From NCBI GenBank assembly GCA_024137785.1, contig JAHRHZ010000267.1, positions 21,665,100 through 21,729,099 on the forward strand: a stretch of 64,000 nucleotides of DNA, written 5' to 3'. Shown piece by piece: positions 50,801-63,814 of this stretch. Within the stretch, counting starts at the first letter, position 1. The number at the start of each line of letters is the position of its first letter. Both the position numbers and the translations under genes were made by a program. Below the pieces are notes generated by a model. It did no database searches. It had not been told where the DNA came from and saw only the letters and a list, made by a program, of their open reading frames with translations. Source of the stretch: Ginglymostoma cirratum (lineage: Eukaryota).

Positions 50801-51423
50801 CAGTTAAGATCATTCATTCATTAACATACAGAAGAGGTTTAAATTTCCCAAAACTTTTCACTGCGCTAGCGAATAGCTGTAGGCGAGGTAAATGGGTAAG
50901 GTGGCATGTGGTGAGGTTAGGTCAGGTTGAGTCAGTTAGAGAGTTTGGAAGATTCAAGTTGTGGCAGGGAGAGGGATTTGCACAGTTGGTGGAATCAGAG
51001 GGTCCGCGCAGTGTGCCAGAGGGCAGCGGTGGGGCTGGCGGTGGCAGTGTTAAGCAGAAATTGGAGGAATGTTCAGTCAAATAGACAGGAATAAGAAATG
51101 TTTTTTTATTTGTATAACAACTTGTGAATAACTTTCAGACTCAATAATAAACGAGTGGAGTGCTTTAATTACCGTCCCTATCTTCTAATGACGATGAGGA
51201 CACAATAATTAAAATTAATGTTGGAGGGCCTGTTATTAAAGACAGGTCTGCAATCTCTGGTTTTGAAGCCAATATTACTCAATTGACTGTTCCCTCTTAG
51301 AGGAACAAAAAAATCAAAATAATGCAGATCTTGGAAATCCGAAACAAAACTGGAAAATACTGAAAACATTCAATAGATCTGGCAGTTTCTCTGGAGAGAA
51401 AAACAGAATTAACATTTCGAGCA

Positions 51424-51542
51424 ACCGAGATAACAAGCGTGGGGCTGGATGAACACAGCAGGTCAAGCAGCATCATAGGAGCATGAAAACTTGACGTTTC
51501 GGGCCTAGATCCTTCATCAGAAACAGTACCTTTTATCTCTGA
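51424..51542. mobile_element. Young PLE-derived family A element: inverted arm plus 17-nt terminal stub, 14-bp TSD
   Basis: Arm gagataacaag...catcagaaa followed by cagtaccttttatctct (51524-51540) in the opposite orientation; TSD taacatttcgagca at 51410-51423 and 51543-51556. Confidence 0.87.
51490..51523 (-). ncRNA. Minimal type I hammerhead ribozyme motif
   Basis: Minus-strand RNA uuu-CUGAUGA-A-GGAUCUAGGCCC-GAAAC-GUC^-aag; one stem II mismatch. Confidence 0.68.
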
Positions 51543-52914
51543 TAACATTTCGAGCAGATGCCTTTTTGTCAGTACTGTCAAAAATTGGGACAGCAGTTAA
51601 AGAAATTCAAAGCAGGGAAGAGGATAAGATAAAACACAAGGGTGATGGCTGTGATGGGGTGCAAGGCAGGATTGACAAAATGGGTTGTCAATGGGACAAA
51701 CATACAGAAAGCCAGAGAAATTGTCAATGACAGTGGTGATGGCAGTAGTTATGTTCCAGAATTGTTGAACTCCAAGTTGAGTATGGAGGGATGTAGAGTT
51801 CTGGCGAAATGTTATCAATCTACAAAGTTGAGAGTTTTCTGGAGATGCTGCCTGACCTGCTGAGTATTTTCAGCATTTTCTATTTTTATTTCCATCATCT
51901 GGAATGGTTACGTCAGTTTCAAATAACCGGTAAAGCAATTATTTACTGGCACAGAACTATTCACTGCCATGTAATACTGAGAAACCAAGTCCAGATCAAT
52001 TAACTTCAAAACGCTGATTTTCATCAGTGCATGGTTTAAACAGTTATTCTGTGATTGATCTTCCTGGCCAGAGCAAAGATCTTGGTTTTATATTAAAACA
52101 AGTTCTCTTCTCAAAACATCTGAATTGCAGCAAATGCTTATATAGTGTTGTCTTTGATCCTGCAGTAGATTAGAGATTTGTATTCTGATAAATAAGCGTT
52201 TCTGCCACTGTTCTATACTGGCATATCTGCTGCAAAGCTGCTGCACTCTTGCAAGAGGTAGTGCAAAAAGAGGACTTGCAGAATGACAATGCGTTGTTGC
52301 ATTGAGCTCGTACAAAGTAGTGTGACATTTGTAGTCTGAATTTTACCAGTCCTCCAAGTTGTTGGAGTTTTGAATTACTTATGCAAGCCATGCCAATATA
52401 ACAGATGACAACAGCAGATAAAAAGAAATACAGACTGGTCATGTTGGATGCTACTTAGAACATGACAAGATTTTCCTCAAAAGACCAAATATCCCTACAG
52501 AATTTTCACCAATGATTTACCTAAAGTATGTGGCTGCTAATGATAAAGTAAAGCCGAACGTATTGCACTGGACAAACACAAATCTAAATCAAAGTAAACC
52601 TAAGATGTCAAATGGCAAATTTAAGATTGAGCACTAAAATAGTGAGGCATGATGACCTGCTTGAGCAAAAAACGTTGCTGTTGCTTTGGGACATTGATCA
52701 TTGGTATCGAAATATCAACCTGCAATTTGATTTCGAGGTCACTAAGATCAGCTTCAAAGCACATTTTTAATAGCGTTACTCTTAGAGGCATGTTCCACAT
52801 GGGGATTTGGCTTTAAGTAAACATAATTTCAGAATAACAAACGTGCCAAGTTCCTCATAGGTATAGATTTTATTTTGCCTCTGAAAACAATAGTTATATA
52901 ACATCAAACACCAT

Positions 52915-53135
52915 CTTAGGTCCTACGGCCTTCCAAGATATCTGGGTTATTTAAATTCTGGCCTCTTGAGATTCCCAGAATTTAACTGCTCCACCACCAG
53001 CACCCTGTGCCTTCAGATACAGAGGCCTTACATTCTGGAATTGGGATTAAAATCATGGATGCTCAAGAGGCCAAAATCCAAGGAACAAAAATCTATCTGC
53101 CTTAATATCTCCTTATGTGCCTCAGTGTCAAATGT
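52915..53135 (+). mobile_element. L2-type LINE 3' fragment
   Basis: Similar to 44450-44816 (aattctggcctcttgag...tttaactgctccaccac...ctggaatt...atctccttatgtg). Confidence 0.55.
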
Positions 53136-53369
53136 TATAAAGGAAACTGATTTGGATAGGAATAAAAAAAATCCTTCTTACCTTCCAATTGTAAAGACCT
53201 AGCAAGTGTTATGATCTGAGACAAGACCACCAAATTATTTTACGATCTCGGATCAGACCACTAAGAACTTAATGTGTAAAGCAGACAAAAGACAAGATTC
53301 AGAGGACTAACTACGAGAACAAAACAACAAAATTTACATGGCTTCTAATAAACAATAAGATTATTATTC

Positions 53370-53600
53370 AAGGGAGTTGGTTAGTTCAGTTCACTGCAAG
53401 GCTGGTTTGCGATGCAGAGTAACGTCAAAAGAATGGGTTCAATTCCTGCACTCGCTGAGATTACCGTGAAGAACTCTCCTTCTCAGACTCTCCCCTAACC
53501 TGGAGATGTGGTGATCCTCACATTAAACCACGACAAGCTGCCTTTCTCTAATGAGAAGGCAGTCTTATAGTCCAATAGGGCTATGGTGACTACACCTTTT
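53370..53600 (+). mobile_element. Shark-type tRNA-derived SINE (second family)
   Basis: A box ttagttcagtt, B box gggttcaattcc; homologous along its length to 59955-60183. Confidence 0.78.
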
Positions 53601-53629
53601 ATGAAATTCTCAACCTCCATCCTTAATAT

Positions 53630-53830
53630 TTTATAATCAAGCAAGTGAGACTTAAACCCAGGTCTTCTGCGTTAGAGGTAGTGTTACTATCACTGCACCA
53701 CAAAAGCCCCATCAACCCTCTCTTATTTTTGTTTTGAATCAGCCTGTTTGGACATGTTATATCACATCTCCAGGGTACATGCAATTTGAATCCAAGCCTT
53801 CAGGCCACTACCACTTTGCCACAAGAGACA
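53630..53830 (-). mobile_element. Two tandem short tRNA-SINE heads
   Basis: Minus strand ttgtggtgcagtgatagt...cctgggtttaagtctcac and cttgtggcaaagtggtagt...cttggattcaaattgc, each with A and B boxes. Confidence 0.55.
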
Positions 53831-54177
53831 TCAACCCACGTTCTTTTTCTACACTGACCTATTAGTGGTACCTGGTTTCTTGTGAACCACAGAACTTTCA
53901 GGACTTTTTCTAAGCCCTGACTACAACATCTAGATGCTTACTTTAGAATTTGGCTTGAGTTCTAACAGCACATAGATATCCATTGATCTTAACTTCTGCT
54001 GAGTCCATAAATTCATTCTAGTTCGGTTGCCTTTACAGCAATACAGTTCAGCAACATTTTTCTGCACAGAGCTTGCTTCTTTAGCTTTCCTGCGTTAGGG
54101 TTATTTAACTGCTCTCGGACTTCAATGAGCATTCCAACAGCAGAGAACTGTCTTCCCTGCAATACAACTAAAAGAGT

Positions 54178-54268
54178 GGGTTTGCGTGGGTGCTCTTCGG
54201 AGCACTGGTGTGGACTCGATGGGCCGAATGGCCTCCTGCCACACTGTATGGATTGTACGATCTATGAA
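54178..54268 (+). mobile_element. HE1 SINE 3' portion (HER1-type tail)
   Basis: gggtgctcttcggagcactggtgtggactcgatgggccgaatggcctcctgccacactgtatggatt resembles the tail of the 18043-18390 copy. Confidence 0.75.
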
Positions 54269-57200
54269 TGGACTCTTATGAAGTCTATCCTCCCTCTCTC
54301 TGCCCAATATATTTGCCGACTTTCAGTCCCTGTCTGCCTGCTTTGAATTTCTATTCAGTGAACTTTGAACCATCCGTGGGACGTATTGAAAGCCCTGTCA
54401 CTAAAAGAACTGAGCAGCACCAACTAGCGACTTTTGGAACTGCTTATTCCATAAATGTTACCAGTCGCAGTGGTTGGCTCACCCAATCCAACAAAAATGA
54501 ATATAATTAGAGCATGTCATCACAGAACTAACTCATGAGGAAGTACCATACTGAAATCTGTGACAGGGGCTTGGCTGTCATCATTTCAACCAAGTAACAG
54601 CAGGGTTCTAAGACAATGTTAATAAAACCCACAACACATGGCATTATCTTTAAAACGTCAATGAAAAAGACTGTATACACCATACACACTGTTAGCCCAC
54701 ATAAGTTATCCATCATCCTTTCTTCCAAAACCTGGATGTTTTTTAGAACATCAGCCCCAAAGGTGAACTTTAAACAGGACACACAATCAGAACGAGATTG
54801 CCTTTGAATGGTGTCAACCACATTTTTTCACCATCCACTGAAATTACCATTTTTTGGTGCTACTGAGCAATGAAGACTGACAGTAGCTGGCCAATTAGAG
54901 ACAAACAGAGGGCAGGACGTCCACTCTCATGGTCCTTGATCCCAGGAAAGTCCTGCTTTGCTGCCTGGATAAATGCCCAATTTGCACAACATTTGGTGGT
55001 CCTTTCTGAAAAGAGGCATTGTGAGATTCTTGCCTGTTTCTCAGCTAATGGGTGAGAGCTCCTCAGCTTCATTAAATATGCCCACTAACTATTGATCGGC
55101 AATGCTGTCTGGTGATTGTTAATTGCAACTGAAGTAATTTGATGAAATCAGTTTTAAATAACATTCCATTTTCTGATCAAAACATTGGAATGAATGTACT
55201 GTTGGAATATGGCAATTTAAAAAAATGTTAGCAATTAAACAAAGATGCCTTTTAAAATCTCCAAAGGACATTGCAACGCAACGTACTATACATTTGGACA
55301 TTTTAGGAAAGTTTGTTGTGACTGTGTAAAGATCTTTGATTGGTAAAGAAATTCTGAGGAGCAATATACATCTTAAATTGGATCTCTGCATTAAACTACT
55401 AAGTATAGCTAACACAGCAGTATCATTGTAATCATCATACTGTTAAATTTCAAACAGAATGAGGAAATCATACATTATCTCAGCAACGGCACTGCATCTT
55501 AAAATGGCAATTACCTGTGTTGCAGAGGGACTATAATCATGCTAATTTTACAGAGATCAATATAAACAACATGGTTTGTGAAATGTCGGTACATTTAATT
55601 GGACCTATTATAATATATTAACAAAAATTACACAATTATTTGTGGATAGAATTTTGCATTGTATTAAAAACAAAATCATGGTATATTTGGGCAAACATCG
55701 ATTTCTTTATCAAATACCGTTTTGAAATGTCCATTAGATGACAAAGGACATTTGTAAGTCAGCTGAGAGTGGTAGGTCAATGATGAGAGGATAGGATTAT
55801 TCTTTTCTTGACATTCTTCGATAAGATGTTTGAGTATTATCTGCATGTCTGCACTCCAGCAGTTATGTCAATTCAACTTTTTTGATAAACTCCCCGTTTC
55901 ACATCTTAGTTGCATGTCATTCATATCAATACCATTGTCAGACAGTGAATGTTACTCTCCCTGACCCCCATCCAGAAAAGAAACTACTTGATGATAACTT
56001 GAAGGCAAGATTCAGAGGGAACAATTTCAATTTTTTTTCAATTAATCACAATACATTCCCCTTTGAACTTGGTTTGCTATTCATCTCTGATCAGCAGCCC
56101 TGACATTAAGAATATCTTCATTATTTAATATAATAGGAATATGTTGCTGCTAGCCTTCTTTCTGTGCTCTACTTTCTTATTAGATATATGGCGCCTTTCA
56201 TAGGCCATTGCAACTAATATAGACAAATACAATTCTTAATTTGATCAGTGCAAACAGGAAAGTTGCAAATGCATGTCACCCATTGGGTGCAGAAATACAA
56301 AACGACACATCAATGCCAAGTATTGTTAATAATCCCTGCCTTCTAAAAGCTTACTTTGTAACGTCACTTAAAACTAAAAGAAGCACTATTTATAAGTTTG
56401 TTACGAATGTTCCAACAGTGATAATCTTGCAACACTCAGCAACATTCTTTTGGTAGATCTCTCAGACCTTATAAAGCAATTTTAGTGCAAAATGATCTTA
56501 CTTCTTTCTTGTCATTTCTTCATGATACAGAATTATTGTGAATTTGGGTAACGTAGTTTGTTTTTCTGCCAGACAGCAATGAGTTCCTGGAATTTCTCTT
56601 ACACTGAATGCTGACTCTCTGTACACCTTCGAGAGGAAGCTCGACCAGAAGGGAGATCATATCATGTCGATATCCTTGCCTGTCTAGATAATGTGACTTT
56701 CCAGGTTGAGTTGCCTGGCTGAGCAGACTAAAGGGCAAGTTTCCAGGTACGGTATTTTTTGCCTTTTTGAGCCTGGGTTCTTTCTCTTGTTTTATTTCGC
56801 CACTTCCAAATTAGTACGTGGCTGAAGGACTGTAGAGAAAGGAGGAAGTGTTTTTCATCTTGATACTTCAGCCACAGAGTGTGGGCCTAGCTGAGTTTAT
56901 CATACCCATCAATTTCAGTTTTACAAACATCAATTTATTTTATCATCTGTCTTTTTTAAAAATCTGGCATAGTGGTCATCTCAAAGGCAAAGGTTTTCTT
57001 TCTCACAGACATCGCAGATAGCTCGTGAGAAAGCAGCACGATTAACGTGTAGCTGCAGCAATACTGGGGCACATTGTAGATTCTTTTCAATCAGGAGTTC
57101 ACTTGTCATCAGGTACTTTCTTTAACATGCATCTGTGTCAGTAATGTAATCTACATATGCAAGTCCACTTTGGCACAATGCATGCCTAAATCATTTAAAG

Positions 57201-58525
57201 CTGCTTGTTCATATATCTCACATACAGGCCAACACCATTTGCATGTCCCATTTAAGCAGCAAAATTTAAGTTACTTTGCTTTATGTTCTGACTGTACCCA
57301 TTTCTAAATAAAAACATATAGCAATAAGTGTGAATCACTCTGGAAAAAAAACAGAGCCATGTGCAGAAATATTAACACAGTCGCATTGTAGATGTTAAAA
57401 TATCATTTATATATCAGAGAGTTAACTTTCTAGTTCTCTAGTAGAAAACATACCAGAAGCTGCTAGATCCATAAATTATTCAAGACCAGAAAGGAAATTA
57501 ATTGTAAATCTTCGTGGTCAACAAAGTAGGATCAATGCTTTATGCTTCACTTAGGATCAAACCACAGTCACATGTTTATGAATGACAATAACACTCAATA
57601 TAGAGAGAAACACACAACTTAGCAGAACGGAAAGCTATAGTGGACTATTTTCAAAGAGCCACCTGAAGTCAAAAATCAATACAAAGCTTTGATTGCAAGA
57701 AAGAACAGACACTGGGCATAGCAATTACCATTTGGCTTGCATTAATCTTACAGCTTGACCTTTGGAATTGTACAATGTGTCTGTAGCCTATGAAAATATC
57801 AATACATGTATTGTTTTTGATATTTGTCTGCACTCTTTCAATCCTCCTTTATTTGTTTGATTTTCTGATATACCACACAAATTACATTAATATGACACAG
57901 GGTTTTCAATCTGCTCTGTAAGCAAGTTTAGTGTCTTGAAATATCTTTGCATTTGACGTAGCTTGATGTTTGCATTATTAATAGATTATTGATTTCCATG
58001 TGAAAGATAACAACATTTTGGATCATTATCAGTGCTAAGTATTTAGAAACATCAATTCATTTTCTTAAGATAAATAAGTTCAATCTGGTTTAAAAACATA
58101 TAAAATGATGTTTCTGATGGCTTCACTTTAATTGAGAAAACAAACTCAATCACAAATTAATTACAAAATTTTTTGTAAAAATAGAAATGATTCATTTTTT
58201 CTTAATAATTTCCCAAGAAACTTTATTCTTCCAGAACTACATGTACTGTTTGGCTTATGAAAAAAACTGTGTGTTTTGAAACATAATCTATCATTACAAT
58301 GATAGTTTCACCAATCTAAGCCCTTCTTGATGTTACCTGTTCTTGATTCTGTCTATTACTAAAACAATGTCAAGACCCTTATCAAATAAAAGACAGCTTC
58401 CTCCTTCGACTTAATCAATAGCTATTTCCATGTTGCCTAACTCTCCCAGGCCAAATCTGCCTTCAAGACTATGTCCTGTAACATTCTGCTCTCCCAATAT
58501 GTTAAGTTAGGACTTTTTATTTTCT

Positions 58526-58737
58526 CAAAAAAAAACCTAAAGAACTGCGGATGCCGTAAATCAGAAACCAAAACAGAAGTTGCTGGAAAAGCTCAGCAGG
58601 TCTAGCAGCATCTGCAGAGAGAAATCTGAGTTAATGTTTCGGGTTCTGTGGAAGGGTCACCGGTCCTGGAACGTTAACTCATTTCTCTTCACAGATGCTG
58701 CCAGACCTGCTGAGCTTTTCCAGCAACTTTTGTTTTG
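58526..58737. mobile_element. PLE-derived family B palindromic element with 13-bp TSD
   Basis: Inverted arms aagttgctggaaaagctcagcaggtct and agacctgctgagcttttccagcaactt; HHR-like ctgtgga-agggtc-accg-gtcct-ggaacgttaactc; exact TSD ctttttattttct at 58513-58525 and 58738-58750. Confidence 0.85.
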
Positions 58738-59954
58738 CTTTTTATTTTCTTACATTGAGGAATTATATCCAAAAAAAATTTTGCTTTGTGGAAAGAGGTT
58801 CCAGGCTACAGCTATACTGGAAGGTATTTGTATTGTCCAATGTTCAGCAAGCACAGATGAGTTACAGTGCCAAGTACAGCTCATATTAAACTAAACAATA
58901 CTGAAGGTCTGCTCACGTGCGCTCCAAACCACAAATGCAGGACTCTACGCTCTAGGTAGTCATTTTTGACATGAAAAAGCAGGCAAAGTTTGTAGAACTC
59001 AAGTAGTGTGAGGATACCTAAGTTAAGGTTGGGGTTGACACCTGCTTCACAAGACCCAGGTGTTGACAGCAAAAGAGCATCATAACAAGAACTAATGTTG
59101 AAGTTATTAGGGCAGGGATAAATACATTTTAAAAGTAAAATCTTCTGTGTTCTTGCATTAATTCACATGAGTAATATCACTGGTAATATCAAAGAGATGT
59201 TATGATGACTGATGACATCACTATGAACTGTTTGTGCATTTGTCCAAGGGTTTCTCAAAGATTTGTGGAAGCAGAGATGGGAACATTTGTTTCAAGATAT
59301 AATGGCAAACAACTGGTGAAGCTGCCAAACTCAAAAAAACACATTTGCGCTTGAGGGTTCTTGAGATTGTTGACTCAGATTGTGATGCACCCAGTGTGAT
59401 TTAATGACAGGCAGGTTTTCCCATTTTTGAAGTTAGTGCTCACCAAGGACAGATTTTGCCCTGTATCAGAAGGAAACAAAGAAATATAAGGACCAGATTG
59501 TCAGGCTGACACATTCCTCTCTCTGGGTGATATTCCTGGAGGAAGGTCATCGCTGACACAGTCAAAATAATTAGATATAAATTTGCAGGCTGATTAGGAA
59601 TTTCACTGGGATCCTCCAAACGTGGAAGGGACCTTGACTGAGAGCTAAGTGCAGCAGATTCCTGGGGGTGGCAGGCCAACATAGGACCACCAAGCCTCTT
59701 GTTACAACTCCCCACATTCCACCCATAATCCTTAAAAGGTGGGCCTAAAAGTGGCCTATTAGTTGGGGATGCCTCGGAGGAGATCTCTCAGGGAGGCACA
59801 CTGATAAACAGTACTGGGAAATGGGGGAGTGGAAATGATACTACCCTTTCATCACGACTTTTAAAGGTCACAGGATTCCACTCATAGTTTTCCACACTGA
59901 AAATGAGGAGGATGGCAGATTCCACTCCTGTCTGGGACTGAAATAACTGCTGTT

Positions 59955-60183
59955 CTCGCTCAGTTACTTCAGTTGGCTAAACGGCTGGTTTGTGATACAG
60001 AGTGATGCCAAATGTGCTGGTTCGATTCCTGCACCAACTGAGGTTACCACGAATGTTCCTACTTCTCAACTTTGGCCCATGACTGAGGTGTGGTGACCAT
60101 GAGGGTAAACTCACCACCAATCGTCTCTTTCTAATGAGAGTGAAGTCCTGTGGTCCTCTGGGACTATGGTGACCGTACCTTAT
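59955..60183 (+). mobile_element. Shark-type tRNA-derived SINE (second family)
   Basis: B box ggttcgattcc; homologous to 53370-53600, ending gggactatggtgac. Confidence 0.78.
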
Positions 60184-63014
60184 GACTAGATATGGAGGGA
60201 AAGAGAGAATCAGGCTCACCTGCAATGCTTTAACGGTCTCCTGATACTCATAGTTTGAGCATTCCTGTTAGAATGGCTCTCGGACAAGGTGCTGGATAGT
60301 TATCGGTGGTAGGCATTGTTATAATATTTTCTGCCCACACAAAACAGAACCCCATTTGAACTGGAAAACACCAGTCAAAGAGATTACTGAGATGAAATTC
60401 CTCCTTTCTATATTGCCCTGAAAAACAGTATCAGTCACATTTTTGGGAAATAAGGAGTTTAACCCATTCCTACAATCAGTTCAGGGGACAGTGGGGCATT
60501 AAAATTCTGATTTGCAAAACAGATAATGTGTACGCAAAGAGATGGATTGTGCCTGAATGCTGTAAGAGTTCGGAATAATCAAACATTCCGCTGGCACCAT
60601 GAAAATGTCACAGCAAGAGAAGTATCATCAGGGTAAAAGATCTGATAGGATTTAAGGAATTTCCTTCAGTGAATTTTGAAATACACCTGAAGAGTTTAAA
60701 TAGCCTTGTTAGAATCTGTTAAGGGCTCATGTTGGTAGGTCAAGTCATCTTTTCCCCTTTAATGCTTTCTTAAATTACATTCTTATGAAGACCAGTCTGA
60801 GTTGTTGTGAGATATTAAGTATTCAGGTCTATTGCCATGCAGCTGACTAGTCAGGAATACCCAGATCTGAATGAACATAACAGGGGAGCTGCAACAGGAC
60901 TTTTATAGTTGGCTTTTAATGAACCTTTGCAAATAAAACCACCTGTGCCATAATAACATTCTGAGGATATAAGAGTATTTTTATTTATGAGGTTCCACTT
61001 GACAACAAAGCTTTTGTATAATATTGCCAGATTAGAAAGAATGCTTATATTGTCATCGCTCATGCAGAAATATATCACTGACTTTCTCACCAGCTCTTCT
61101 CCACTTTAAAGTAAATCCTTACAGGTAAGGGTACCAGCTGTATGACAGCCAACCCTTTCTTTCAGTCGTACATACTATCTTGCTTATATCAGATCTGCCC
61201 CAAAAGAAACTGAATTAATTTATTGTAGCCATACACAATTATATGTAACAGCTGGTCACAAATGTTTCTCTGACACCCTGAGGTTTAAATGGACAATGAA
61301 TACACCAGACAGCTGGTGCATGAAATCAATAATGAGAAAATGAGTTCTACTGTATGTATGTTTTCTTTGTCTGTTTCAAGTGGAAGGCCAATCATCTTGT
61401 GAACTTAAGGGCTGAAAGGATATATTACAGGTATCCAATTAGCAAAGGAGAACATCTGGAGGAACAATGTAACAGGAGAAGTAGAGAAGCTATGTATTGC
61501 ATTAGGTATATGGGGAGATCCATTAATAGTTCAATTCCCGCGCCCCACCCCCCCTCCCCCAAACTACAAGTCTCTCAAAGCCTAGTGATTCATTGCTTAT
61601 TTCACAAGCCTGGGAAAATCTAAATTGCATTTGTTCAGAACAAAACATTCAGCATGACTGACTAAGCAGACATACATAAACAACAATCAATGTTCTAGCT
61701 ATTTTCTTTTCCTTTAAATTTCAGATTACTCTCCAAGATACTTGGTGACGTTTACACTGAGGCTAAGCACCTTGCCACTGGGCTGATAATTACTGATGTT
61801 AATTTATTGTGTCATTAAATTTTACTGCCTTTTTATTTATTCTCATGATGAAAAGTACAATAAAAGAGAAAAAAGAGACCAGACTGAATAGTTTAGCATC
61901 TGTCATTTATCAAATTAAAAATACATTTATTTTTTCAGATTTTTACAAAATTACTTTTAAAAGAAAAACTGATCTAATAGACATAAGATTGTAGCGTTCA
62001 TTTAAAAAAAACCCTTCCTTATTAATAGTAAAGCTGTTGAATAAAAAGTGCCAGAAGTGTGAACACTCATTCCGGAACTGCAAGTAATATAAACACGATG
62101 TTAAAGATTTCATACTTTTCTAAGACCACTTTAGATGTAGTGTCAATGCGGCTCAGAACAAAGCCATTCGGCCCAACCAGTCCATACCACTCCAGTGAGT
62201 TCAAAATGAAGTCTGTGAAATTGAAGAAACAAATTGTTGTACTATTTAGATGACCACCTGATCTTAGCGCGATCTATTATTAGCTATAATATAGTCAATC
62301 ATTCGCTGTTCTAAATCTTCTGTGCAATTTTTTTTTGGTGATGCAGAACTTTATTTAATTTTTAACAATTACAAAGTGTTACTTTCTCTGAAAATAACCA
62401 TCATTTTCCACATAAGAAGCTCATTCAATTTGTTTCTTCCTTCACCATGTTTTAAAGTAGGCAAGATTATTGCAGATAACGCTTTCAGTTATTGATGCAC
62501 AGAGTCTGATAGAGACACTTCAAGTGAGTCAGAACTTGCACGAACAACCGAGTCAAGTCTCAGTCACAGTTGACGGTAATCAATTATTTTGGCTTTAAAA
62601 TTTATTCTATTATACTGTGTTGATATAGTATTTTGTGCTATATTTTAGGTGACCACCAGTTGCATGGACAGTAAGAGTGTCAGTTAAAATGTGCATCAGA
62701 GTTATGGATGGTATTTACCATGGGTCACATTCACCACAATTAGGCCAGCCTAGCTTCCCTTTCCATTCTATAGGCATGCAATGATTCAATACATCAAAAC
62801 TATTCCTGGCATGGGCTTTTACTTGTTCATCAAATCTCCTAATGGAAATAAGATCTGAAATTCTAGTTGCAGCACATGCTTTTGTTGTGTTTGGATCATG
62901 TACCTGCCAGACCTCAGTGCAGCCAAAGTTTGGTATCTGACATGCTTGTCGCACACTAAGAAATTGTTAAGGCTTTCGGAGAAGATGAGTTGCATTCTAG
63001 GACAGTATGGAAAA

Positions 63015-63200
63015 TGATAGTGAAAATACCAGCCCTAATTTTTCAGTCTTCCTTATACTCAGTTGTAATGCAGGAGGACTAGATAATTGCAAACATTACA
63101 CTCTTGCTCAAAAAAAGAGTGCAAAGATAAGCCAAGCAATGACAGAACAGTCAGTTTAACTCTGGTGGTGGGGAAACTTCCAGAAACAATATGGTGTACC
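63015..63200 (+). mobile_element. CR1 RT N-terminal fragment
   Basis: KKECKDKPSNDRTVSLTLVVGK resembles CR1 KKGxRxxPGNYRPVSLTSVVGK. Confidence 0.75.
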
Positions 63201-63519
63201 TGGACTTTGGAAAGGCATTTCTCGGCTGCTACACAACAGCCCTGTGTGATGAAGACTCATGATGTTTTAGTATTATGATTTGGAAACTTGGGTTCTAAAC
63301 TGGATAGATATCTGTATAACTTAATTTTGATTTGTATTTTACATTGTGTGTGTTAATAAGGGAAGGACATCGCACTAGTATCTGTGTAGACTTAGTTTAG
63401 GAATGGTGATAGGGCGTGTGATACTCGTTCATACATGCATTTTTAATAAGGGTTTACAGCCTTGAAGCAGAGCTTGAGGTGAACGGTTCAGGCGTGAGAA
63501 ACAAGGAAAAAATTATTTT

Positions 63520-63810
63520 TATTCCCTTTCCATGTACTTCCTACCAAAACAAATCACCTCCCATTTCTCTGCACTGAACTTCATCTACTACCTGTCCACT
63601 ATTCCATTAAGTTGTCAATGTCCTTCTGAAATTCCACCCTATTCTCTTCACAGTTCACAATACTTCCAATTGTGCCATATACAACAAGGCCTCTCTCATC
63701 AATACAGTATTGGGGAAAGCAAAGGTCCCAAAACTGACTCTGGGGAGCTCCAATATCAACCTTCTTCCAGCTCAAAGAACCTCAGTGAACCACTACTCTC
63801 TATTTTCTCT
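63520..63810 (-). mobile_element. CR1 RT fragment
   Basis: ggtcccaaaactgactctggggagctcc (reverse complement GAPQSQFWD, like GVPQGSVLGP); cccatttctctgcactgaacttcatct. Confidence 0.65.
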
Positions 63811-63814
63811 CTGA

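Larger units (their letters stand above)
51305..51900. mobile_element. Old PLE-derived family B-like palindromic element with purine-rich internal segment
   Basis: Left arm aatgcagatcttggaaatccgaaacaaaactgg...cagaattaacatttcgag; right arm gatgctgcctgacctgctgagtattttcagcattttctattttt. Confidence 0.65.

Noticed and set aside
56520-56832. Minus-strand exon-like segment with a good acceptor (ctttctctacag)
   Set aside because: All three frames from the acceptor reach stop codons and no homology is recognised
58526-58737. Palindromic elements as MITEs (DNA transposons) or CRISPR-like repeats
   Set aside because: Arms are asymmetric with a one-sided tail, TSDs are long and variable, and single-arm and direct-repeat forms exist; this fits PLE retrotransposition. 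No regularly spaced repeat-spacer array is present
61701-61820. Strong plus-strand acceptor followed by LLSKILGDVYTEAKHLATGL
   Set aside because: No convincing donor and no recognisable protein
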